Assembly (NCBI GenBank): GCA_041490525.1
Contig: JBGPTH010000017.1
Span: 52 to 64,051 of the forward strand
Direction of reading: 5' to 3'
Length of the DNA stretch: 64,000 bases
From: Nitrospiria bacterium
Lineage (GTDB): Bacteria; Nitrospirota; Nitrospiria; Nitrospirales; NS-4
Under the pieces are notes generated by a model, which searched no databases, was not told the origin of the DNA, and worked only from the letters and a program-made list of their open reading frames with translations. The stretch's first letter is position 1; every line of letters begins with the position of its first letter. This document shows positions 18,103 through 26,178 of the stretch, piece by piece. Both the position numbers and the translations under genes were made by a program.

Positions 18103-18137
18103 CAAACGTTTAACGGATAACGTTTAACGATTAACGT
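18103..18137. repeat. Heptamer tandem array, right arm (5 units, inverted relative to the left arm)
   Basis: CAAACGT TTAACGG ATAACGT TTAACGA TTAACGT; contains the manC stop codon (18131-18133). Confidence 0.9.
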
Positions 18138-19606
18138 TTTTCAATCCGGTCGTAGTCGTCCGCCAACCGCACGATGTCGTCTTCGCCCAGATAATCCCCG
18201 CACTGGACCTCGATGATGTCGAGGGGAACAGGGCCGGGATTTTCGATGCGGTGCGCCGTCCCCACCGGAATCGCCGTGCTCTCGTTAACCCGAAGTTCAA
18301 AGACCCGCTCGCCACAGGTGATGCGGGCCTGTCCCGCCGTGACCACCCAGTGCTCGCTCCGCCGATGGTGGAGCTGGAGCGACAGACGGCCGCCCGGCTT
18401 CACCGTCACGCGCTTGACCTTGTATCGAGGGCCTTCCTCCAGCACCGTGTAGCTGCCCCAGGGCCGCTGGACCGTCTTGTGGATCAACTGCTCCGGGGCT
18501 TTCCGCCGGCGCAGCACCTCGACGATCTGCTTGACCTCCTGCGCCCGATCCTTGGGACAGACCAGCGTGGCGTCAGCCGTGTCCACCACCACCATATCGC
18601 GCAGGCCGATGGTGGCCACCAGCCGCTGCTCCCCATATAAGATGGAGTCGCGGCTCCCGAGGTCCACGATCGGGCCGATCCGGACGTTGCCCGCGCGGTC
18701 CTTCTCGGCCACCTCGTCCAGGGCGCTCCAGTTGCCGACATCGCTCCATCGAAACGGCGCCGGGATGACGGCCGCCCGCCGGGTCCGCTGCAGCACGCCG
18801 TGGTCGATCGAGATCGTCTCCGCGCGGCGGTAGAACCGGTCCAGCGCCTGCGCCTCAATAGGCGTGCCCAGCGCGGCGCCGAGCCGCGTGAGGCCGCGCG
18901 ACAGAGCCGGCAAGGCGGCCGCGATTTCCTTCAATATCGCATCGGCCCGCCAGACGAAGATGCCGCTGTTCCAGTAAAACTGCCCGGAGCGCAGGTACCG
19001 CTTCGCGGTGGCCCGATCCGGTTTCTCCATAAAGCTGGTCACCGCCAATGCCTTGAGGCGGCCCTGGGTCAGCAGCGGCTTCCCCTTTATCGCCCGGATA
19101 TAGCCGTAGCCGGTCTCGGGCCGGATCGGTTTGATCCCGAAGGTCACCAGCCGTCCTGTCTGGGCGAGGCGAACCGCCAACGCGGTCGCCCGGCGAAATT
19201 CCGCCTCATCGGGAATGACATGGTCGGCCGGCATCACCAGCATGATGCCTTCGGGGTCCCGCCGGCGGATCACCGTCGCCGCCCACCCGATCGCCGCCGC
19301 GGTGTTGCGGGCTACCGGCTCGGCCAGGATGTTCTCTTTGCGGACCCCGCCGGGATCATCCAGTTGAAACCGGATGGCCTCGGCGTGCCCCGCGCCGGTG
19401 ACGACCACCACGCGGTCGCCCGGAACGATCGGCCTGACCCGATGCACCGTCTGCTGGATCAGCGTCCGGTCGCTCAACACCTTGAGGAGCTGCTTGGGAT
19501 AGAGCTCCCGGCTGAGCGGCCAGAATCGCGTGCCGCTGCCTCCGGCCAGGATGACGGCATAGAGATGCGCGGAAATAGGATCAGAGCCCTTTGTCAATGA
19601 GGTCAT
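18131..19606 (-). CDS. manC: Mannose-1-phosphate guanylyltransferase / mannose-6-phosphate isomerase
   Basis: ILAGGSGTRFWPLSRELYPKQ, EPVARNTA, PETGYGYI, WNSGIF, WSDVGNW, RPWGSY, SLQLHHRRSEHW. Confidence 0.95.
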   Translation of the reverse strand: MTSLTKGSDPISAHLYAVILAGGSGTRFWPLSRELYPKQLLKVLSDRTLIQQTVHRVRPIVPGDRVVVVTGAGHAEAIRFQLDDPGGVRKENILAEPVARNTAAAIGWAATVIRRRDPEGIMLVMPADHVIPDEAEFRRATALAVRLAQTGRLVTFGIKPIRPETGYGYIRAIKGKPLLTQGRLKALAVTSFMEKPDRATAKRYLRSGQFYWNSGIFVWRADAILKEIAAALPALSRGLTRLGAALGTPIEAQALDRFYRRAETISIDHGVLQRTRRAAVIPAPFRWSDVGNWSALDEVAEKDRAGNVRIGPIVDLGSRDSILYGEQRLVATIGLRDMVVVDTADATLVCPKDRAQEVKQIVEVLRRRKAPEQLIHKTVQRPWGSYTVLEEGPRYKVKRVTVKPGGRLSLQLHHRRSEHWVVTAGQARITCGERVFELRVNESTAIPVGTAHRIENPGPVPLDIIEVQCGDYLGEDDIVRLADDYDRIEKR

Positions 19607-20546
19607 GGAGATGAATCATCCCGCAGACGTTCCGATCGGCCTCTACCACCGGCAGCACCGCAAACGGCTTCTCCCGCTCTTCCATCAGCTTGAGCGCCTG
19701 GACCGCCTTGGCATCGGCGTCGATAAAGATCGGATTCGGGTTCATGATCTCGGGGATGCTCATCGTGAAGATGTTGCGCCCCTCCCCGACCGCGCGCCGG
19801 ATGTCGTAATCAGTCACCAGGCCCGCCAGCTTGCCGGTGTCATCCACGATGGAGACCGCGCCGGTGTGCTTCGCCGTGATCTCGGAGAACAGGGCCTGGA
19901 CAGACGCCCCCATATGGACCACCGGATTTCGCGACCCGGTCCGCATCAGATCGCGGACGGTCAGCAACAGGCGCTTGCCGAGCTGCCCGCCCGGGTGGTG
20001 CCGGGCGAAGTCCTCCGGTTGGAAGTCCCGGAGCTTCATGAGGGCCATCGCCAGCGCGTCCCCGACGACCAGGGCTGCGGTCGTGCTGCAGGTCGGGGCC
20101 ATGTTCAGGGGACAGGCCTCCTCCTCCACCGGAGTCAGCAGGACGATATCGGCATGGCGGGCAATCGTGGAGTCGGTCTCCGCCGTGATCGCAATGAGGC
20201 GCGCCCCGATCTTTCGGATGAACGGCAGCATGACGATCAGCTCATCGCTCTCGCCGGACTTGCCGACGGCCACGATCACATCGTCCTTGTGCACGATCCC
20301 GATGTCCCCGTGCATCCCCTCGGTGGGGTGCAGAAACAGGGCGGGGGTCCCCGTGGACACCATCGTCGAAGCGATCTTCTGCGCGATGATCCCGGATTTG
20401 CCGACGCCGGTCAGGATCACCTTGCCGGGGGAGGCGTATATGAGGCGGACCGCTTGTTCGTACGCCGGCCCGACGCATTCACGCACCCGCGCGACCGCCC
20501 TCCCTTCGAGGTCCAGGACCCGCTTGATCTCAGTCAGAATGTCCAT
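19581..20546 (-). CDS. kdsD: Arabinose-5-phosphate isomerase (KpsF/GutQ; SIS + CBS)
   Basis: TGVGKSG, HPTEGMHGDIG, SGESDE, EACPLNMAPTCSTT, HHPGGQLG and a CBS pair. Confidence 0.93.
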   Translation of the reverse strand: MDILTEIKRVLDLEGRAVARVRECVGPAYEQAVRLIYASPGKVILTGVGKSGIIAQKIASTMVSTGTPALFLHPTEGMHGDIGIVHKDDVIVAVGKSGESDELIVMLPFIRKIGARLIAITAETDSTIARHADIVLLTPVEEEACPLNMAPTCSTTAALVVGDALAMALMKLRDFQPEDFARHHPGGQLGKRLLLTVRDLMRTGSRNPVVHMGASVQALFSEITAKHTGAVSIVDDTGKLAGLVTDYDIRRAVGEGRNIFTMSIPEIMNPNPIFIDADAKAVQALKLMEEREKPFAVLPVVEADRNVCGMIHLHDLIDKGL

Positions 20547-20795
20547 TCACACTGCCTGGCCTATGGGCCTCTCGTTTTTGATGGTGACGGTCGGATTCGG
20601 ATTGACCGGCGGGACGGGCAAGCCTCGTTCTTTGAGCAGCGCGACATGCTCTTCCATGCCGCGTCGCGCCTGCTGCAGGCAATCCTCGATGGAGCGTCCC
20701 GTGCCGGTGAACCCGTCGAGGTCCGGCGAATAGAACCCGAAGAAGGTCGGTTCCGCCGTTGCTTCGATGATGAGCGAATACTTCAGGTCAATCAC
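20547..20795 (-). CDS. hicB: HicB-family antitoxin (short, no DNA-binding domain)
   Basis: YSLIIE, YSPDLDGFTGTGRSIEDC, ERGLPVP; overlaps the hicA stop. Confidence 0.8.
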   Translation of the reverse strand: MIDLKYSLIIEATAEPTFFGFYSPDLDGFTGTGRSIEDCLQQARRGMEEHVALLKERGLPVPPVNPNPTVTIKNERPIGQAV

Positions 20796-20994
20796 GCTCC
20801 GTCTCCCGGCGTCCCAATCCGGCAGCCTTCAAGATCGCCTGGCAGGTCCCGGTCGGGACTTCCTTCGTCCCATGATAATCTATGCGAATCAATTGGTCTA
20901 TACCCGGCTTCGAATAATAGCGAATCGCCCCTTTCTCTTTCACGAGCTTAAACCCGTTTCGCTCCAGCAACCTGACTAATTCGCTGAATTTCAC
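20788..20994 (-). CDS. hicA: HicA-family toxin (variant)
   Basis: 68 aa basic protein: ELVRLLERNGF ... HGTKEVPTGTCQAILKAAGL, upstream of hicB. Confidence 0.75.
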   Translation of the reverse strand: MKFSELVRLLERNGFKLVKEKGAIRYYSKPGIDQLIRIDYHGTKEVPTGTCQAILKAAGLGRRETERD

Positions 20995-21060
20995 GCATAG
21001 GCTCCGTCTCCATCAATAGACACCTCAAGAGCAAAAAGGTGACCTGTCGTTTTCGAATCC

Positions 21061-21165
21061 GCGGGTCCTGTCGCACGTAGGGGCAGGCCTGCGTGCCTGC
21101 CCGATGATTGGGCAACCACACAGGGTTGCCCCTACAGCCAGGGTCCCGATCGCCGCCACCCGCTC
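21061..21165 (-). repeat. GAGCGGGT-family repeat, copy E, with its centre replaced by a GTAG-REP doublet (21077-21135)
   Basis: Minus strand GAGCGGGTGGCGGCGATCGGGACCCTGGC ... GCGACAGGACCCGC. Internal GTAGGGGCAGGC..GCCTGCCC and inverted GGGCAACC..GGTTGCCCCTAC. Confidence 0.85.
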
Positions 21166-21170
21166 GTGTG

Positions 21171-21707
21171 CTATTTATTGTGCCCTCTGGCCGCGAGGAT
21201 TAGGTCGGCCAGTTCGCGCACCGCCCCCTCGCCGCCTTTTTTCCCACAGACATAGTGAACACATTTGAGGACAGCGGGTATGGCATCGGCAGGAGCCGCC
21301 GACAACCCTACGGCGCGGAGGGCCTCCAGGTCGTTGACGTCATCGCCGATGTACGCGACCTGATCGAGGGTCAGCCCGTGTTTCTCGACCAGGCTATGCA
21401 GGACCGAGAGCTTGTCGTCCACGCCTTGATGGACCTCGGGGACCGCCAGCTTGCGCCCGCGCTGCTCCACGATGGCGGTCTTCTCCTTGGTGATGAAGGC
21501 CGTGATGAGGCCGGCCGCCTGGAGCATCTTGATCCCCATGCCGTCGCGGGTGTTGAATTTCTTCAGCTCATCCCCGGACTCCGAGTAATACATGCCGGCG
21601 TCGGTCAGGACACCGTCCACGTCCATAGCGACCATCCGCACCCGGCGAAGCCCGGCCGGATGGGCCTTGCGGGAGCGACTCGAAGACCTCAGAACTCGTT
21701 TCGGCAT
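21171..21707 (-). CDS. kdsC: KDO 8-phosphate phosphatase (HAD, YrbI family)
   Basis: DVDGVLTD, KKFNTRDGMGI, YIGDDVND, GGEGAVRE. Confidence 0.88.
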   Translation of the reverse strand: MPKRVLRSSSRSRKAHPAGLRRVRMVAMDVDGVLTDAGMYYSESGDELKKFNTRDGMGIKMLQAAGLITAFITKEKTAIVEQRGRKLAVPEVHQGVDDKLSVLHSLVEKHGLTLDQVAYIGDDVNDLEALRAVGLSAAPADAIPAVLKCVHYVCGKKGGEGAVRELADLILAARGHNK

Positions 21708-21722
21708 CGTTCATTCAGGCTC

Positions 21723-22769
21723 CTAAAACGGTTTGACCACCATGAGCCCCATGGGTTGCCCCCGGTCGAGGGTGAGGGGACGGATCTCGATGTCTGAATC
21801 TCCGTCGCGATGGCGCGCGCTTAACGTCTTGCCGATGATCCATCCCAGGACGCTGCCGGCGGCAACGTCCGAGAGAAAATGCTTGTCGTTGTACACGCGG
21901 GACAGGGCCACCGCGGTGGCCAATCCATACGCGATGGCCGGAATGGGCTGGTCGAAGCGATCGGCAAAGACCGCGGCCGTGGCAAAACTGACGGCGGCGT
22001 GCCCGGAGGGAAAGGAATCGTCGCCGCTGAACAAACGGAAATGGGTGGTGCCTTTTCCCTGATCCGGCGGTGCCCGGCCCACGAATTCCTTCACGACGAA
22101 GACCGAGGCCAATGAGAAGATCTCGGATTCCAGGCTGACCAGCGCGGCGTCCTTTAACCGGCTGTCTCCGGTATAGGACCAGCTCGTGACGCCGACGACG
22201 ATTAAGCCGGCGTTCAGCGCGAGCACGCCGACCGGGCTGCCGATCGCACTGAATCCATCGGCCACGTCCTTGCCGCCGGAGGATGTGTTCTTCTGAACCT
22301 CGTATCGGACCCCGTGGTCCGCCGCCATGAGCCCCCCGATCCCGGCGAGCACGCCCCCGACCACCAGCGTGTCGTTTAGCGTCATGCGGGCGGGCGCGGT
22401 CACCAGGAAGATCGAATCGTCCCAGAGGGCCTTGAACCCCTTGGTAAAGGATTCCGGCGGCTCTGGTTCTTCAAGCTCTTCCTCCGGGATGACGGCCGGC
22501 CGGGACCGAAGCGCCGCCTTGGGCTGATCAGATCGGCCCGTTTGGCCAATGAGGAGGCGGTCGTCCAGCCGCTGCGCATAAGCGGGAGCCATCCCATCCC
22601 AGAGAAGGCTGACGCTCAAGGCCAGGCCGAGGATCGGCGCGGCCCGGACCACTATTGAAATCGACTTGAAGACATCCCACCCCGGCATACGTTCATTTTC
22701 GTACATCCCGCTTATGGCCTCGGCGTGAACGCAAAGACCCAACCGAGCGCAAGCCCCCCAATAATCCAC
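21723..22769 (-). CDS. PAP2-family membrane phosphatase
   Basis: SFPSGH and SRVYNDKHFLSDV motifs. Start uncertain, probably about 22688-22706. Confidence 0.8.
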   Translation of the reverse strand: MDYWGACARLGLCVHAEAISGMYENERMPGWDVFKSISIVVRAAPILGLALSVSLLWDGMAPAYAQRLDDRLLIGQTGRSDQPKAALRSRPAVIPEEELEEPEPPESFTKGFKALWDDSIFLVTAPARMTLNDTLVVGGVLAGIGGLMAADHGVRYEVQKNTSSGGKDVADGFSAIGSPVGVLALNAGLIVVGVTSWSYTGDSRLKDAALVSLESEIFSLASVFVVKEFVGRAPPDQGKGTTHFRLFSGDDSFPSGHAAVSFATAAVFADRFDQPIPAIAYGLATAVALSRVYNDKHFLSDVAAGSVLGWIIGKTLSARHRDGDSDIEIRPLTLDRGQPMGLMVVKPF

Positions 22770-23689
22770 ACCGCTTCCCGAAACCTCCGGACCAAGGACA
22801 CCGTCAGCCCGAGGGTCGGGTCCATCCCCATGGCGCCGAAGACCAGGTAAAACGCCCCCTCCTGGGCGCCCAGACTGCCGGGAATGAAAAAGGTCCCGAG
22901 GCGCACCAACTGGGCCATGGATTCGATCATCCAGGCTTCCCCAAAGCCGATAGGGTGCCCTAAAAAAAACATCGTCACGTACAACTCAGGGAGTCCAAGC
23001 AGCCAGGCGAGCAACGACAACCCGACGGCGCCGGCAAATCGCTTCCGATGGCCGGTGTAAAAGCGCACCAGCAAATCGTCGACTTCAGAAAGCTTGTGGA
23101 GAACACGACTCAGGTACGGGCCCACCCTCCCGCGACGGATCCAGGCGCCGGCGTAGGAGGACATCTTCAGCCGTTGCGCCAGGAAAAGAATTAGGAGGCC
23201 GATCCCGAACGCCGCCAGCCCGTACCCGGCAATCTGCTTGTACAGCCCGGGCAGCCGCTCCGAGTGGAGGATGACGCCGAACCCGCCCGCGAGAAAAATC
23301 AACAGGGCCATCATCACCGTTGTCTTGGCCAGGATCAACGAGGTAACCCCTTCCCGGTACGGCACGGCGTAATGGTCTTTCAAAAGCTGCGCCTTGACTG
23401 GCTCTCCTCCGATCGTGGCCAACGGGGTCACCTGGTTGAACGCCTCCCCCACCATTCGGACCTTCCAGAACCGGAACACCCAGAGGATATCGAGGGGAAC
23501 CCCGCCCACCATCAACCCCCAAGCCGCCGTGTCCATGAGAAATTCGAAAAAATAGATGACCAGAACGACGACGATTCCCCAGCGCATCTGGAGGAGACTT
23601 CGCCCCACGGCCTCGAGGTCCGTCTGCAGGAGGACCCATCCGAGCAGAAACAGTCCCAGCAGCAGGTAGACGACCTTGAGGACTTTTAT
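22712..23689 (-). CDS. Flippase-like membrane protein (lysylphosphatidylglycerol synthase TM / UPF0104 family)
   Basis: GEAFNQVTPLATIGGEPVK, FIPGSLGAQEGA, RRFRE. The first TM helix lies upstream of GTG 23608, implying an ATA start at 23689. Confidence 0.8.
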   Translation of the reverse strand: MKVLKVVYLLLGLFLLGWVLLQTDLEAVGRSLLQMRWGIVVVLVIYFFEFLMDTAAWGLMVGGVPLDILWVFRFWKVRMVGEAFNQVTPLATIGGEPVKAQLLKDHYAVPYREGVTSLILAKTTVMMALLIFLAGGFGVILHSERLPGLYKQIAGYGLAAFGIGLLILFLAQRLKMSSYAGAWIRRGRVGPYLSRVLHKLSEVDDLLVRFYTGHRKRFAGAVGLSLLAWLLGLPELYVTMFFLGHPIGFGEAWMIESMAQLVRLGTFFIPGSLGAQEGAFYLVFGAMGMDPTLGLTVSLVRRFREAVWIIGGLALGWVFAFTPRP

Positions 23690-24360
23690 GCCGTCCTCCC
23701 GACCGCCCGGCTCGACCGGGCCCGCTCAAGGATCGCGGCCATCCAATACGCCTGGCTCCCGACCGCGGCCGCGGGCAGGAGCCACCAGGCCACGTCGAAC
23801 AGCGTCAGTGCCAGTACCAGAAAGCAAAAATCTGCGCGCGTCAGTTCTCGAAAGACGAACAGGGCCTGGTCGGTCCAGGTCCGATCGCGCGCATGCACCA
23901 GCGCGCCTACCAATTGGGACGCAGGGCCGTCCTCGCGCGCAAGGGCTAACAGATAATTAACGGAGGAGCCCGCCACCGCCGCCCACGCGAGCCACATCCA
24001 CGGGCCCTGCGGATCGCTCCTGCCGAGGCCGATCCCCAACGCCAGAAAGAGCACCGCATGGACGAGCCAGTCCGTGAAGGTGTCGAGGCGGTCTCCGAAC
24101 CGGCTCTCCAGTCCCTTGAGCCGCGCGATCTCGCCGTCACAATTGTCCAGGACATAGGACAGAACCAGGAGCAGGGCGCCGGTCAGCATCCACGGCCGGC
24201 TCCCCTGGGCATAGCACCAGGCTCCGCCGATGCCGAGCGCGAGGCCGGCGCCGGTGATCTGGTTCGGAGTGAACGGGGTCCTGGCCAGCAGAGGCGTGAG
24301 GCGGTAGGAGAGGTGCCGGATAAGCGGAAACCCCGAAGGGGCTGGAGACGTCATGCGCAT
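23686..24360 (-). CDS. CDP-alcohol phosphatidyltransferase family protein
   Basis: TPNQIT and signature LDNCDGEIARLKGLESRFGDRLDTFTD. Start about 24360 (MRMTSP). Confidence 0.88.
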   Translation of the reverse strand: MRMTSPAPSGFPLIRHLSYRLTPLLARTPFTPNQITGAGLALGIGGAWCYAQGSRPWMLTGALLLVLSYVLDNCDGEIARLKGLESRFGDRLDTFTDWLVHAVLFLALGIGLGRSDPQGPWMWLAWAAVAGSSVNYLLALAREDGPASQLVGALVHARDRTWTDQALFVFRELTRADFCFLVLALTLFDVAWWLLPAAAVGSQAYWMAAILERARSSRAVGRTA

Positions 24361-24377
24361 TGGATGAAAAGGGTCCT

Positions 24378-26087
24378 TCAATACCGGAAACTCAGCGCGG
24401 CCCCGACATATCGATTCCAATCGTTCAACCCACTCACGCCTCCTTCGTTCGTAAGACGCTGGAGACTGACAGTGGGTTCGAATCTTAACTGAGGGGAGAG
24501 ATTTGCGGTGAGTCCAAGGATCACCGAGCGCTCCTTCTCGCCAACCGGTAGCAAGGCTGCCGGACACACAATATCGCTGTTAGGAAGGACCGCGCCGGGT
24601 ACACAATTTTTTATCCCATGGCGTTGCTGCTCCAACGCAAGATTCAGGCGGAGCGTCGGCGTGAGGTGCTGTGTGAGCCGCACGAAGATGGCATCGGCAT
24701 TGCTCCCCATATTGTGGCCGATCATATTCCTCTGAAAACGATACCCGCTCGTAAAGATGTGGTGATTGTAATCCGCAAACGGTTGTATTGGATTGTCCAG
24801 CGATTGCGAATTGCTGTATTCAATACGGAGGTCCGTGCCGGACCAGATGAAGCCGGGAATGAATACGCCGGTCTGCCAGAATAAATCCTCCAGAAAATAC
24901 GTCCCGCCTTCCTCCCCGCCAAGTTCTCCGTAGAACTGCATGGTCTTGCCGAAGGACAGCGCCTCCGGAAGCGGGACCAGCGTGCGGAAATCCATAGTGA
25001 TCCGCTCATCGCTTTTCGTTCGGAAGTCACTGGTGGAATTGGCTCCAGAGGATTTCGTTCTGAAAAATCCCCTCCAAAAGTCCACGAAGCGGGTCCCTTG
25101 CCCATCTTTGCCGAAAATGATCATCCGGTTGGCGCCGAATTCAAACCAGGAAGCAGGCATCCATCCAATGCGGGTCCCCACAAATTTCGGGTTTCCATCA
25201 TCCCCCCTCAGCTTCGTGGCAAACATCGTAAACGTGAAATCGCCTAAGGGACGGAACACCCAGGGCAATCGGAACGGCTCGACGCTTCCGATCTTGAGCA
25301 GGTCAAAGGATCGGGCGTTGTCGGTCATGAGGATGGTTCCGCTGTAGCCCGGTCCCCACCACATGCTGTCGCGCCCGACCAGCAGATCAACGTTCGACAG
25401 TGTGAACTTGCCATACAGCTCTTTCACTTGGAGCTGATCAGATTGATCCGAATGAATGAATTTCGGGTTGAAGCTCAGGCCGAAGTGATCGCCGACCTCC
25501 GCCCAGGTCCGAAGTTCAGACTGGACATTCAAGCCGTCCCGAAAGGATTCCCCCCGGAAATTCGGTCTGAATCCCGGCTGGCGAAAGTCCGCGTGTCCGC
25601 CAATGGGGGGAGGAGCCGGGGTTTTTGAATTGATGTCGGCGCCGAAGACTTCGACCCGCAGCGGGTCTGCAAAGCGGTAGCGCATGGTGGGAAGGGCCGC
25701 CAGCGGCGGCATCCCGGGAGCTGTCCGAGTCGGCTCCACGCCCAAAGCGATGAGCTCTTCTTGAAATTCATCCCGGAGGTCCGCGAGGGCCTGTTCGACC
25801 TCGGCGGTCGCCAGGCCTTCCTCCGTCCTCCCGGCCTCGATCTTCCTAATGGCCTTGGCCACCAACTTAGCGGCCGCAGTGCGACTGAATGGCTTGGTGG
25901 ACAGCATGGCCCGATCGATCAACCCGATCACCGCCAGCCGCTCCAGCTCGTCATATGCCCAGTGGTGGACCGGCAGATTGACCGCAGCCCAGGCCCCGCT
26001 CATAGACGCGAAAAGGCCCAGGAGCGTCAGGATCATCGTCGCCTGACTGCATCCCCTTCGCTGCATACTGCGACTGCGCTCGATCAT
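24378..26087 (-). CDS. Capsule assembly Wzi-family outer-membrane protein
   Basis: HWAYDELERLA, KPFSR, VGRDSMWWGPGYSGTILMTDNAR, YGELGGE, HHIFTSGY; aromatic C-terminus SFRY. Confidence 0.85.
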   Translation of the reverse strand: MIERSRSMQRRGCSQATMILTLLGLFASMSGAWAAVNLPVHHWAYDELERLAVIGLIDRAMLSTKPFSRTAAAKLVAKAIRKIEAGRTEEGLATAEVEQALADLRDEFQEELIALGVEPTRTAPGMPPLAALPTMRYRFADPLRVEVFGADINSKTPAPPPIGGHADFRQPGFRPNFRGESFRDGLNVQSELRTWAEVGDHFGLSFNPKFIHSDQSDQLQVKELYGKFTLSNVDLLVGRDSMWWGPGYSGTILMTDNARSFDLLKIGSVEPFRLPWVFRPLGDFTFTMFATKLRGDDGNPKFVGTRIGWMPASWFEFGANRMIIFGKDGQGTRFVDFWRGFFRTKSSGANSTSDFRTKSDERITMDFRTLVPLPEALSFGKTMQFYGELGGEEGGTYFLEDLFWQTGVFIPGFIWSGTDLRIEYSNSQSLDNPIQPFADYNHHIFTSGYRFQRNMIGHNMGSNADAIFVRLTQHLTPTLRLNLALEQQRHGIKNCVPGAVLPNSDIVCPAALLPVGEKERSVILGLTANLSPQLRFEPTVSLQRLTNEGGVSGLNDWNRYVGAALSFRY

Positions 26088-26178
26088 GGCAAACCTGGCC
26101 GATGCTCCCCGGATAAATCGTAATGAGGGTCTTGAAGGTGAGGGCGGTCCCGTTTCTTTCAGGAAGGTCGGAAAGGAC

